Assembly (NCBI GenBank): GCA_963820825.1
Contig: CAWGBN010000008.1
Span: 32,001 to 96,000, forward strand
Direction: 5' to 3'
DNA: 64,000 nucleotides
From: Vulcanimicrobiota bacterium
GTDB lineage: Bacteria; Vulcanimicrobiota; Vulcanimicrobiia; Vulcanimicrobiales; Vulcanimicrobiaceae
This document shows positions 42,231 through 52,286 of the stretch, one piece after another (position 1 is the stretch's first letter; the number at the start of each line of letters is the position of its first letter). The translations under genes and the position numbers were made by a program. Below the pieces are notes generated by a model that saw only the letters and a list, made by a program, of their open reading frames with translations, had not been told where the DNA came from and searched no databases.

Positions 42231-43139
42231 CTATTCTTGGAGCGCGACCGAGGTTCCGTCGTGCGTCACCAGCCCATCGCGCGCCAGCGCGGCGACGAAC
42301 TCGCGAATCTCCTCCAAGCTGCGCCCCGGGATGGCCGGACCGACCGCGCGGTGCAGGTCGATCAACGAGATACGTTCGCCGGGCGGTAGCTCGCGTAGCC
42401 GGTCGACAATGCGGCCGCGCGCGTAGCGGGTGGTTTGCGGAAATGGGATGCGCTCTCGTGCTCGCGGCGCGGCGGCCGACGCACGCAGGCGTTCGAGGTG
42501 CACGGCGTCGACGGAGGACGCCGCACACTCCTCACGCAGCGGACAGAGCAGACATTTCGGGGCGCGTGCGGTGCAGATCGTCGCGCCCAGATCCATCAGC
42601 GCCGAGTTCCAGTCGTGCGCGCGGCCCGGCGGCACGAACTCGCGGGCGCGCGCATCGACGTCGCGCGCATCGGCCGCTTGCGGATACTCCAGGCCGAAGA
42701 AAACCCGGTTGACGATGCGTCGGACGTTCGTGTCGATCGGCGCGTCGTCTATGTCAAAGGCAAACGCGCGAATCGCTGCGACCGTATACGCGCCCACTCC
42801 CGGCAGCAATAGCAGCGATTCGCGGTCGGTAGGAAGTTCGCCGCCAAAGCGCTCGACGACGGCTTGGGCGAGGCGATGCAGACGCACCGCCCGCGCGTTG
42901 TATCCCAGCCCCTTCCACTGGCGCACCACGTCGGCCACCGATGCGCGCGCGAGTGCGGCGAAGCCGGGAAATCGCGCGACGAAGGCCTCGAACTTCGGAA
43001 CGACGCGGTCGACTTGCGTCTGCGCCAGCATGAACTCGCTAACCACGGTGCGATACGGATCGCGCCCGGTGCGCCACGGTAATCCGGCGCGACCGTGGCG
43101 GCGATACCAGTTCAGAAGCCGGCGCGCAACGGAGGTCAC
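42231..43139 (-). CDS. mutY: A/G-specific adenine glycosylase (MutY-like, short form)
   Basis: LPWR, SEFML.QTQV, W.GLGY..RA, LPGVG.YT, DTNVRR, FeS motif. Confidence 0.85.
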   Translation of the reverse strand: MTSVARRLLNWYRRHGRAGLPWRTGRDPYRTVVSEFMLAQTQVDRVVPKFEAFVARFPGFAALARASVADVVRQWKGLGYNARAVRLHRLAQAVVERFGGELPTDRESLLLLPGVGAYTVAAIRAFAFDIDDAPIDTNVRRIVNRVFFGLEYPQAADARDVDARAREFVPPGRAHDWNSALMDLGATICTARAPKCLLCPLREECAASSVDAVHLERLRASAAAPRARERIPFPQTTRYARGRIVDRLRELPPGERISLIDLHRAVGPAIPGRSLEEIREFVAALARDGLVTHDGTSVALQE

Positions 43140-44620
43140 GAACGCAGGGTCGAGATCGCCTCGCCGATACGGCGAATGCCTTCGGGAATTTCCTTCCGGG
43201 CAACGGCCGTGAGCGCGAGCCGAAAGTAATGATCGCCGCGCGAATTAGCAAAGAAGGCTTCGCCGAAGAGAAAGGACGCGCCGAGCCGTTCGGCGGCATC
43301 GAGCAGCGCGCGTGCGCGCAGCTCGCGCGGCGTCGAGGCCCACAAGTAGAATCCACCCGAGGGCCCGCTCACCTTGAGTCCGGCCGGCCAGTGCTGCGCG
43401 ATCGCAGCGTCGGCGACGGCTCGCCGCTCGAGCAGCTCGCTGCGCAGCTGCGTGACGTGCGCGTCGTAGCCCCGCTCGAGATAGTCGGCGATCGCCGCTT
43501 GAACGTAGAGGCTCGTCGCCATGTCGTAGGCCTGCTTGCGCAGCAAGAGGCGTTCGAGAATCGTCCGCGGCGCGGCGAGCCACCCCACGCGTAAGCTCGG
43601 CGCGATCGTCTTCGAGAAGCTTGAAATGTAGACGACGTGATCCGGCGCGAGCGCGACGAGCGGCGCACCGGGCGGCGCGAGCGGACCGTACGGGTCGTCC
43701 TCGACGATCGGAACGCCGGCGCGGCGCGCGATCGTTGCCAAGCGTTCGCGCCGGTCGGCATTCATCGTCGCATTGGTCGGGTTGTGCAGCGAAGGCATCG
43801 TGTAGATGAAGCGCGGGCGCCGGTTTCGCAGCACGGCCTCTACGTGATCGACGCGCATCCCCTCGTCGTCGACGGGCACCGAGATCGCGCGCAGACCGTT
43901 GATCTGAAAGACCTGCAGCGCACCCGGATACGACGGCGATTCGACGATGATCTCGTCGCCGGGTTCGGCGAGACTCTGCGCGACGATCGCGATGCCTTGG
44001 GTCGATCCGGTCAGCACGATGATGCTCCCCGGACGCATGCCGCCGGCGCCGCGGGCGCGCATCCGCTCGGCGATCGCGGAGCGCAACGGCTCGTACCCTT
44101 CCGAGTCGCCGTACGAAAGGACGAAGCGCGAATCGCGGGCGACGCGTCCGAACGATTTCGCGAGCTCGCCCAGCGGTGAAGGCTCGTCGGGAGCGACGCC
44201 CTGTACGAACGAGATCCGGCCCGGCTGCGGTTTGGCCGCGAGCTCGCCGAGCACGTTGGGGAACTCGCCGACCCGCCACGGCGGGAGCGTCACCCACCAC
44301 GGGACGCCCGCCGCGCGCTCTGGCTGACCGCCGCGAAGCTGTGGCACGACCCGCGAGCCCGAGCCGACGCGCTGTTCGATCAAACCGTCGCCGACGAGAT
44401 CCCGGTAGGCATGCACGATCGTGCTGCGATTGACCGCCAGCCGCTCGGCCATCGTGCGCTCGGGCGGGAGCCGGGTCGATTCGGGGAGCGTTCCAGCCAA
44501 GATCGCTTCGCGCAGGTGCTCGTAGATCTGCCGGTAGAGCGGCACGATCGAATCGCGGTCGAGCTCCGGGAGGAGTCCGGCCCATCCAATTCTGGCCATC
44601 GATCGCTCCATTTCGCTCAT
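43136..44620 (-). CDS. MocR/GabR family regulator (GntR HTH plus PLP aminotransferase-like domain)
   Basis: PLYRQI...RLPPER.MA..L.V.RSTI..AY; HNPT, EDDPY, SFSK. Confidence 0.92.
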   Translation of the reverse strand: MSEMERSMARIGWAGLLPELDRDSIVPLYRQIYEHLREAILAGTLPESTRLPPERTMAERLAVNRSTIVHAYRDLVGDGLIEQRVGSGSRVVPQLRGGQPERAAGVPWWVTLPPWRVGEFPNVLGELAAKPQPGRISFVQGVAPDEPSPLGELAKSFGRVARDSRFVLSYGDSEGYEPLRSAIAERMRARGAGGMRPGSIIVLTGSTQGIAIVAQSLAEPGDEIIVESPSYPGALQVFQINGLRAISVPVDDEGMRVDHVEAVLRNRRPRFIYTMPSLHNPTNATMNADRRERLATIARRAGVPIVEDDPYGPLAPPGAPLVALAPDHVVYISSFSKTIAPSLRVGWLAAPRTILERLLLRKQAYDMATSLYVQAAIADYLERGYDAHVTQLRSELLERRAVADAAIAQHWPAGLKVSGPSGGFYLWASTPRELRARALLDAAERLGASFLFGEAFFANSRGDHYFRLALTAVARKEIPEGIRRIGEAISTLRS

Positions 44621-44660
44621 ATCCTGGGGAACGCTCTCGCCCGGTGCGAAACGTGAGGTC

Positions 44661-46112
44661 ATGAGCACAACGGCAGAACGTCAGGTCGATACCGCGGTCA
44701 TCGGCGCCGGGCCCGGCGGGTATCACGTCGCTATTCGTCTCGCGCAGCTCGGCAAGAAGGTCGTCTGCATCGACCGCGATGAGGTCGGCGGCGTCTGCCT
44801 CAACTGGGGATGCATTCCGACCAAAGCACTCCTGCACGTCGGCGAGGTGATTCGGCACATCGAGCGCGCCGGCGCGATCGGGCTGCGCGTGCCGAAGGCC
44901 GAAGTCGAGCGCGAAGCCGTGGCAAAGTTCAAGAGCGACGTGGTCAATGCGAACGTCAACGGCGTCAAGACGCTCTTCAAAGCCAACGGCGTCGAGTCTC
45001 TCAAAGGCGAAGCGTCCTTCAAATCGCCGACCGAGATCGAGGTTAAGCTCGCCGACGGCAGCACGCAGCGAATCGTTGCGCAGAACGTCGTCATCGCGAC
45101 CGGCTCGGCGCCCGTCGACGTTAAGGCGTGGCCGCGCGACGGCGAGACGATCGTCAACTCCGACGATGCCGTTAGGCTCAATCGCATTCCCAAGCGCCTG
45201 CTCGTCATCGGCGGCGGCGTCATCGGACTCGAATTCGCGACCGTCTACGGACGCATGGGCGCCGAAGTCTTGGTCGTCGAGATGATGCCGCAGATTCTCA
45301 CCGGAACCGATGCCGAGATCGGCAAGACGCTCGGGCGAATCCTCAAGAAGCAGGGCGTCGAGATCATGCTCAACACCAAGGTCGGCGCGCTCGAAAGAGC
45401 CGGCGCGAACGTTCGCGCGACGCTCAACGGCGAAGGAACCGGCGGAAAGGAGGAGACCCGCGAGTTCGATATGGTGCTCGTGGCCGTAGGACGTCGGCCG
45501 ATTACCGATACGCTCAACCTCGCCGCCGCCGGTCTTACCGTCGACGATCGCGGCTTTATCGCCGTCGACCAGCAGCAGCGAACGAAGGTGCCCAACGTCT
45601 TCGCCATCGGCGACGTCACCGGACCGCCGATGCTCGCGCACCGCGCGATGAAACAAGGCGTCGTCGCGGCCGAAGTGATCGACGGCGACCGCTCCGCCGC
45701 CTTCGATCCGGTCGCCGTACCGAACTGCGTCTACACCGATCCCGAAGTCGCGACCGTCGGCCTCTCCGAAGAGGAGGCGAAAGCAGCCGGATACGAGGTG
45801 CGCATCGGAAAGTTCCCGCTCGCCGCGAGCGGGCGCGCGCGCACGATGAACGAGTCCGAGGGATTGATCAAACTCGTCGCCGACGCGAAGACCGATCTGC
45901 TGCTCGGCATGCATATCGTCGCACCACAAGCCGAATCGCTCATCGGTGAAGGCGTCATCGCCCTAGAGATGGGCGCGACCCTCGAGGACGTCGGCCTCTC
46001 GGTTCACCCGCATCCGACGCTTACCGAAGGGATCATGGACGCAGCCGAGGCCGCGCACGGCAAAGCGATTCACCTCATCAACCCCAAACCGAAGACGCCG
46101 GTAAACGCTTGA
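44661..46112 (+). CDS. lpdA: Dihydrolipoyl dehydrogenase
   Basis: IGAGPGGY, GGVCLNWGCIPTK, GGGVIG.E, HPHPTLTE. Confidence 0.97.
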   Translation: MSTTAERQVDTAVIGAGPGGYHVAIRLAQLGKKVVCIDRDEVGGVCLNWGCIPTKALLHVGEVIRHIERAGAIGLRVPKAEVEREAVAKFKSDVVNANVNGVKTLFKANGVESLKGEASFKSPTEIEVKLADGSTQRIVAQNVVIATGSAPVDVKAWPRDGETIVNSDDAVRLNRIPKRLLVIGGGVIGLEFATVYGRMGAEVLVVEMMPQILTGTDAEIGKTLGRILKKQGVEIMLNTKVGALERAGANVRATLNGEGTGGKEETREFDMVLVAVGRRPITDTLNLAAAGLTVDDRGFIAVDQQQRTKVPNVFAIGDVTGPPMLAHRAMKQGVVAAEVIDGDRSAAFDPVAVPNCVYTDPEVATVGLSEEEAKAAGYEVRIGKFPLAASGRARTMNESEGLIKLVADAKTDLLLGMHIVAPQAESLIGEGVIALEMGATLEDVGLSVHPHPTLTEGIMDAAEAAHGKAIHLINPKPKTPVNA

Positions 46113-46765
46113 CCCAAGCCCGGCTGCTCGACCTTGGGCGCAAACCATATCGCGAAGTGTGGGAGCTACAGCATCGTCTGCACGAAGCCGTGCGCGAAGG
46201 ACGCGAGCCCGACACGTGGATCGTCGTCGAGCATACGCCGGTCGTGACCGTCGGACGGCAAGCCAAACGCGAGCACGTCCTTCTCGCGCCGGACGAGCTG
46301 CAACGCCGCGGCATCGATCTCGTCGAGATCGAGCGCGGGGGCGACGTAACCTATCACGGTCCCGGACAGCTCGTCGTCTATCCGATTCACCGGCTCGAGC
46401 GTTTTCGCGAGGTCGTACCGCTCGTTCGCTCGCTCGAAGGCGCGGTCATCGCGGCGTGCGCCCGATTCGGCGTCGCCGGGGAGCGATGGAGCGAACACGC
46501 CGGCGTCTGGGTCGGACGCAACCAAATCTGCGCCATCGGCCTTGCAGTACGGCAAATGGTCTGCCTGCACGGCATCGCGCTCAACGTCTCGACCCGGCTC
46601 GATTACGACCGGTTCATCCTCCCCTGCGGATTGAGCGATCGCGGCGTCACCTCGATCTCGGCGGAGACCGGACGAACCGTCGGCATCGCCGAGGCGAAGC
46701 GCGCATTGCTCGACGAGCTCTCGCCGCGGTTCGGCGTCGAGTTCTACGAGTTGGTCGAGGCGTAG
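46109..46765 (+). CDS. lipB: Octanoyltransferase
   Basis: EH.PV.T.G, RGGDVTYHGPGQLV.YP, HG.ALNV, PCG. Confidence 0.96.
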   Translation: MTQARLLDLGRKPYREVWELQHRLHEAVREGREPDTWIVVEHTPVVTVGRQAKREHVLLAPDELQRRGIDLVEIERGGDVTYHGPGQLVVYPIHRLERFREVVPLVRSLEGAVIAACARFGVAGERWSEHAGVWVGRNQICAIGLAVRQMVCLHGIALNVSTRLDYDRFILPCGLSDRGVTSISAETGRTVGIAEAKRALLDELSPRFGVEFYELVEA

Positions 46766-46766
46766 C

Positions 46767-47645
46767 GTGGCGATCACTATCGACTTGACCGCGCAACGAG
46801 TCCGCAAGCCCGATTGGCTTCGCGTCTCGCTGCCGATCGGCGACGAGTACGAGCGCGTAAAGGCCAAAGTCAACTCGCTCTCGCTGCATACGGTCTGCAA
46901 AGAAGCGGCCTGCCCGAACGTGGCCGAGTGCTGGGGCGCCGGCACCGCGACGATCATGATTCTCGGCGACACGTGCACGCGCGGCTGCCGATTCTGCAAC
47001 GTCAAAACCGGTAATCCGCGCGGCGAGGTCGATTGGCTCGAACCGCTCCGCGTCGCCGACGCCGTCCACGACTTGGGCTGGAAGTATCTCGTCGTTACGG
47101 CGGTCGATCGCGACGACCTCGCCGACGGAGGCGCATTGATCTTCGCCAACACGGTTCGCGCGATTCACGAGCGCGTTCCCGGCGCGCGCGTCGAGATCTT
47201 GAGCGGCGATTACCGCGGTGACCTCCGTGCCGTCGACATCGTTATCGACGCAAAACCCGACGTCTTTGCGCATAACTTGGAGACCGTACGCCGGCTTACG
47301 CCTTCGGTCCGCGACAAACGAGCCGGCTACGATCAGTCGCTCGCAGTCCTCGCCCACGCCAAACGTCGCGCTCCGAACCGGTTCACGAAGACGTCGCTCA
47401 TGCTCGGGCTCGGCGAGACCGAGCGCGAGATCGAGAGGGCGATGGACGACGCGCGCAACGCCGGCGTCGACATCTTTACAATGGGCCAGTACCTGCAGCC
47501 CAGCAAGAAGCACTTGCCGGTCGTCGAGTTCGTTGCGCCCGGGCGCTTCGAGCGCCTCGGGAAGCTCGCCGCAACCAAGGGCTTTCATCAGGTCGTCTCG
47601 AGCCCGCTTTCGCGCAGCTCGTATCACGCCGAGCAGGCCTTTTAG
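46767..47645 (+). CDS. lipA: Lipoyl synthase
   Basis: RKPDWL, CKEAACPN..EC, CTRGCRFC, RSSY. Confidence 0.98.
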   Translation: MAITIDLTAQRVRKPDWLRVSLPIGDEYERVKAKVNSLSLHTVCKEAACPNVAECWGAGTATIMILGDTCTRGCRFCNVKTGNPRGEVDWLEPLRVADAVHDLGWKYLVVTAVDRDDLADGGALIFANTVRAIHERVPGARVEILSGDYRGDLRAVDIVIDAKPDVFAHNLETVRRLTPSVRDKRAGYDQSLAVLAHAKRRAPNRFTKTSLMLGLGETEREIERAMDDARNAGVDIFTMGQYLQPSKKHLPVVEFVAPGRFERLGKLAATKGFHQVVSSPLSRSSYHAEQAF

Positions 47646-47709
47646 CGGCCCTTCTTCCATTGGGCCGCAGCGCAACCACGGCACCTTCCCTTAGGTTCGT
47701 ATATCTGAC

Positions 47710-50700
47710 GTGACGAAGGTCTTCCTCACCCGGCCGGTGCTCGCGGCGGTCTGCTCCTTGATCATCATGATCGGCGGGCTGGTCGTGATGCCCACGCTGC
47801 CGCTGGCGCAGTATCCGCAGATCGCACCGCCGGTCGTCACGATCAGCGCTTCCTACGTCGGCGCCTCCCCGCAGGCGGTCGAAGCACAGGTCACGACTCC
47901 GCTCGAGCAAGCGGTCAATACGGTGCAGGGCCTGCGCTACATCAGTTCGCAGAGCACGCAGGGCACCTCGACGATCACCTGCACATTCACGCTCGAGACG
48001 AACCTCGACATCGCCGCGGCCGACGTCCAGAACTTGGTTCAGTCGGCGATCGGCCAGTTGCCCGCAACCGTGCAGCAAGTCGGCGTCCAGGTCAGTAAGA
48101 ACTCGGGCTCGTTCGTGATGGGCATCGCGCTCACGTCCGACAGCAAGCAGTACGACACGCTCTTCCTGAGCAACTACGCGCAGCTCAACATCGTCAACGA
48201 TCTCTCGCGCGTCTCGGGCGTCTCGCAGGTGCGCGTCTTCGGTCAGCGCCAATATGCGATGCGCATCTGGCTCAATCCGCACTCGCTCGCGCAACAAGGC
48301 CTCGACTCGGGCGACGTCGTCACGGCCCTCCAAGAGCAGAATGCCGAGGTGGCCAGCGGAAGCATCGGCTCGGCGCCGGAGTCGAAGGATCAACCCTATA
48401 CCTACACGGTCAACGCCCTGACCCAGCTCTCGAGCCCGCAACAGTTCGCCAACATCATCCTTCGGGCCAATCCCAACGGCGGCTATACCCGGCTGGGCGA
48501 CGTCGCCCGCGTCGAGCTGGGCGCCCAGGACTACAACAGCTCGCTACGCTTTAACGGCAACTCTCAGGTGGTCGGCCTCGGCGTTCTGCAGTATCCCACC
48601 GCCAACGCACTTCAGGTCTCGAAGGGCGTGCTCTCCGAGATGGACCTGCTCTCGAGGCAGTTTCCGCCGGGCGTCCATTATACGGTCGCCTTCAACACGA
48701 CCGATTTCGTCGCGGAATCCGTCCGCGAAGTCATCATCACGCTGCTGCTCTCGATCGTGCTCGTCGTCTTGGTCATCTTCGTCTTCCTCCAGAATCCGAA
48801 GTCGACGTTGATTCCGGCGGCGACGATCCCCGTCTCGTTGATCGGCGCCTTCTTCGTGATGAAGATCTTCGGTTTCACGATCAACACGATTACGCTCTTC
48901 GGCCTGACCCTCGCAACCGGACTCGTCGTAGACGATGCGATCGTCGTAATCGAGAACATCGCGCGTCACATCGAGATGAACAAAGGGCGGCAGAGCGGCA
49001 TCGCCAGCGCCGCGGCGGCCATGCGCGAGATCCAGAGCGCGGTCGTCGCTTCGTCCCTCGTCTTGCTCGCCGTCTTCATTCCGGTCGCCTTCTTCCCGGG
49101 TACGACCGGTCAGCTCTACAAGCAGTTCGCGCTGACGATTGCGGCCGCGATCACGATCTCGCTCTTCCAAGCCTTGACGCTCGCGCCGGTAATGTCGGCG
49201 CGGCTGCTCACCGGCGAAACGGAGTCGCAGCTCTTCTTCTTCCGATGGTTCAACGCCGGACTCAAGCGCTTCCGGCACTGGTACGCGAGCGAGCTTCCGC
49301 GCGCGTTCCGCTACCGGTGGTTCGTAATCGCGGCCTTCGCGCTCGCGCTCGTCGTGACGCTTGTGATGTTCGTGCGAACTCCGAGCTCGTTCATTCCAAG
49401 TGAAGACCAGGGCTACTTCATCACCTTGGTTCAGGCGCCCGAAGGCACGTCGCTCTCCGGCGAGACCGCTATTTCAAAGAAGGCCGAAGCGATCATCCGG
49501 GCGCAGCCGCAAGTGAAGTACATGTTCAACGTGGGCGGCTTCAGCTTCGCCGGCTCCGCGCCGAACCGTGGACTCATCTTCGTCTTGCTCAAACCCTGGA
49601 GCCAGCGAAAAGGCCCCGGCGACAACATCGATTCGGTGATCCAGCGCGTCAACTACGGCTTCTTCTCGCAGATTCCACAGGCGCAGATCTTTGCCGTCAA
49701 TCCGCCCGCGATCAACGGGGTCTCCAGTTTCGGCGGCTTCCAGTTCGAGCTCGAGGATCGGACGAATCTCGGCCTGCCGGCACTCATGAAGAGCGCTTAT
49801 GGGATTATGGGAGCGGCCGCAAAGGATCCGCGGCTGATGAACGTCTTCACCCAGTTCCGCATCAACTCGCCGCAGGTCGATATCAACATCGATCGCGACA
49901 AGGCTAAGGCGATCGGGATCTCGCTCAACGATATCTTCGACACGCTCGAGGTCGATCTCGCCTCGCTCTACGTCAACAATTTTACCTATCTGAATCGCTC
50001 GTGGCAGGTCGACGTGCAGGCCGACGAGCCGTTCCGCAACCGAGTCAACTCGCTCCAGGGACTCTTCGTCAGCTCCGGATCTGCCGCGAACGCAGCGATT
50101 CCCACCGGGACCAATCCGTTCCCGACGGCTCCTCCGGGCGCCGCGACGACGAGCACGAACGCAACCAGCACGGTTATGACGCCGCTCAGCGCGCTGGTAC
50201 AGATGAAGCAAGAGCTCAGCGCTCCGGTTATCACCCACTACAACCTCTACCGGAACATCGAACTCAACGGTCAGAACGCGCCGGGTCACGGTTCGGGCGA
50301 AGCGATTGAGGCGATGGCGCAGATCGCACACCAGGTGATGCCGGCCGGTATGACCTTCGAGTGGTCGGGCCTGCAGCTCGACGAGATCGCCGCGGGCAGC
50401 TTGAGCACGCTGATCTTTGCGCTCGGCCTCGTCTTCGTCTTCCTCGTGCTCTCGGCGCAATACGAGAGCTTCATCGATCCGCTAATCGTCTTGCTCGCGG
50501 TGCCCGCGGCGCTCTTCGGCGCGCTCGGATTCATGAACTTTCGTCATCTTCCGATTCCGGGACTCTTCGACCAGAGTCTCGCGCAAGATGCGTACGCGCA
50601 GGTCGGTTACGTCATGCTTATCGGGCTTGCAAGCAAGAGCGCAATTCTAATCGTCGAGTTTGCGAACCAGCAGCTTCGCGAAGGCGCGAGCGTCGTGCAA

Positions 50701-51000
50701 GCCGCATTGCGCGCGGCCCAGACGCGATTGCGCCCGATTTTGATGACTTCAATCGCTTTCGTCATCGCGGTGATTCCACTGGTCTTCGCTACCGGCGCGG
50801 GCAGTGCGGCGCGACACTCGCTCGGCACGGTCGTCTTCGGCGGTATGCTCGTCTCGACGTTCTTGAATTTGGCCATTACGCCGGTGCTCTACGTCATCAT
50901 TAAATCGTTCGAGCTGCGCGGCGATCGGGCGCATCGCGACGGCAAATCGCACGTCGCACTCGCCGAGGAAGCGGCACCTACGCCGCACGTCGGCGTGTAA
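47710..51000 (+). CDS. RND efflux transporter permease (HAE1/AcrB-like)
   Basis: QYPQIAPP, GLVVDDAIVVIEN, ILIVEFA, RLRPILMTS. Confidence 0.96.
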   Translation: MTKVFLTRPVLAAVCSLIIMIGGLVVMPTLPLAQYPQIAPPVVTISASYVGASPQAVEAQVTTPLEQAVNTVQGLRYISSQSTQGTSTITCTFTLETNLDIAAADVQNLVQSAIGQLPATVQQVGVQVSKNSGSFVMGIALTSDSKQYDTLFLSNYAQLNIVNDLSRVSGVSQVRVFGQRQYAMRIWLNPHSLAQQGLDSGDVVTALQEQNAEVASGSIGSAPESKDQPYTYTVNALTQLSSPQQFANIILRANPNGGYTRLGDVARVELGAQDYNSSLRFNGNSQVVGLGVLQYPTANALQVSKGVLSEMDLLSRQFPPGVHYTVAFNTTDFVAESVREVIITLLLSIVLVVLVIFVFLQNPKSTLIPAATIPVSLIGAFFVMKIFGFTINTITLFGLTLATGLVVDDAIVVIENIARHIEMNKGRQSGIASAAAAMREIQSAVVASSLVLLAVFIPVAFFPGTTGQLYKQFALTIAAAITISLFQALTLAPVMSARLLTGETESQLFFFRWFNAGLKRFRHWYASELPRAFRYRWFVIAAFALALVVTLVMFVRTPSSFIPSEDQGYFITLVQAPEGTSLSGETAISKKAEAIIRAQPQVKYMFNVGGFSFAGSAPNRGLIFVLLKPWSQRKGPGDNIDSVIQRVNYGFFSQIPQAQIFAVNPPAINGVSSFGGFQFELEDRTNLGLPALMKSAYGIMGAAAKDPRLMNVFTQFRINSPQVDINIDRDKAKAIGISLNDIFDTLEVDLASLYVNNFTYLNRSWQVDVQADEPFRNRVNSLQGLFVSSGSAANAAIPTGTNPFPTAPPGAATTSTNATSTVMTPLSALVQMKQELSAPVITHYNLYRNIELNGQNAPGHGSGEAIEAMAQIAHQVMPAGMTFEWSGLQLDEIAAGSLSTLIFALGLVFVFLVLSAQYESFIDPLIVLLAVPAALFGALGFMNFRHLPIPGLFDQSLAQDAYAQVGYVMLIGLASKSAILIVEFANQQLREGASVVQAALRAAQTRLRPILMTSIAFVIAVIPLVFATGAGSAARHSLGTVVFGGMLVSTFLNLAITPVLYVIIKSFELRGDRAHRDGKSHVALAEEAAPTPHVGV

Positions 51001-51059
51001 GTTCGAGAGGATTTGGAGTAGTTAAGCGCAAGTCCCCGCACTACCAAATGGGGAGTTGC

Positions 51060-52268
51060 ATGTATAAGAACCTACTTCGCACAGTCGCCGGCACGAGCGC
51101 ATTCGCAATCGGCCTCTGCGCGTTACCCGCCGTTGCCGACGGTACCGCCGACGTCTATCAGAGGTCGATCGTTCCCGGCGCAAACGATGCGATCAAGAGC
51201 GTGATGAACCAGCCCAAACCGCAGAAAAAAGACCCAACCGTCGCTCAAGCGCCGCCGGTGAGTCAACCGCCGATCGGGCACGCCATCGAGATGCCGGGCG
51301 ATCGACTCACCTACATGGTCGACTTCTCGATGGCATATCCGTACGGCAATATCGGCTCGTACGGCAAGCAAGGCTGGCTAATGGGCGGCATGGACGCGAT
51401 GCTTGGTTACAAGTTTAACTGGTCGACGCGGCTGGACGTAAGCATGTTTCAGCTGCAGCACTGGCCCTATGGATTCAACTCCGGAACTACGCCGGTCTAC
51501 CTGCAGGGCTTCGTCAATCCCGTCGGCTGCGCCGATTTGACCGGCGGCAACGCATGCGGCCCCGGCGCCGGACGGAACATCAACGTGCGCACGAAGGACA
51601 CGTTCGGCGTCTTCATGCTCCACAAGCTCTTTACCATTAAGTCCGCTAAGCTTCCGGGCCCCGGCGAAATTCCGATCGTCATCACGCCGACGTACGTCGC
51701 TCGTGGCGGCGAGATCGGGTTTGCGCCGAACAACAACGACGTCGTACCCTTTACCTACAACCTGCCCGACGGGCCGGTCGAGAACATACCGGTCCGGACC
51801 GCACAGTATTACGCACTTGCCATAACCCTACCGTTCTTGAAGACGCCGAAGATGTTCGGCACCTTCACGATAGCCCCGCAGTGGCTCGTCCACACCGCGG
51901 GGGCGAACGTCGGGAACTCGATGCAGCTTCCGCAGGTCATCTACCTCGAGTACACGCCCGTCCGCGGAACGACGATCTTCTTCGAGCCGCAGAGCGCTCG
52001 CGACTACCTCCCGACCGATCCGTATCCGGAGCATCTGGTCGCGTACTTTCTGGGTATATCGCAACGGCTTTCAAAGTACGCATTCGTGCAGGCAGTGCTC
52101 AACAGCGGGAATCCGACGAATCTCGGGCCCGACGGCGTAACCGGCATCAAGTGCCTTACCGTGCAGCAGGCAATCAATAACGCGTGCGGACTCGCAATCG
52201 GGGGTCTCAAGGCAACGCAGCTTCAATTGCAGTTTGGCATCGGTTCGCCGAACATCTTTCCGTTATAG
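51060..52268 (+). CDS. Hypothetical secreted protein, possible outer-membrane beta-barrel
   Basis: Signal peptide (ALPAVA); alternating aromatic/hydrophobic strands such as QLQLQFGIG near the C-terminus. Confidence 0.65.
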   Translation: MYKNLLRTVAGTSAFAIGLCALPAVADGTADVYQRSIVPGANDAIKSVMNQPKPQKKDPTVAQAPPVSQPPIGHAIEMPGDRLTYMVDFSMAYPYGNIGSYGKQGWLMGGMDAMLGYKFNWSTRLDVSMFQLQHWPYGFNSGTTPVYLQGFVNPVGCADLTGGNACGPGAGRNINVRTKDTFGVFMLHKLFTIKSAKLPGPGEIPIVITPTYVARGGEIGFAPNNNDVVPFTYNLPDGPVENIPVRTAQYYALAITLPFLKTPKMFGTFTIAPQWLVHTAGANVGNSMQLPQVIYLEYTPVRGTTIFFEPQSARDYLPTDPYPEHLVAYFLGISQRLSKYAFVQAVLNSGNPTNLGPDGVTGIKCLTVQQAINNACGLAIGGLKATQLQLQFGIGSPNIFPL

Positions 52269-52286
52269 CTTCAAGGGCCGCAAAAC

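Noticed and set aside
51010..51056. Possible riboswitch or hairpin over the RBS (atttggagtag/ctaccaaat, tcccc/gggga)
   Set aside because: The intergenic region is under 60 nt and matches no riboswitch consensus I recognise.
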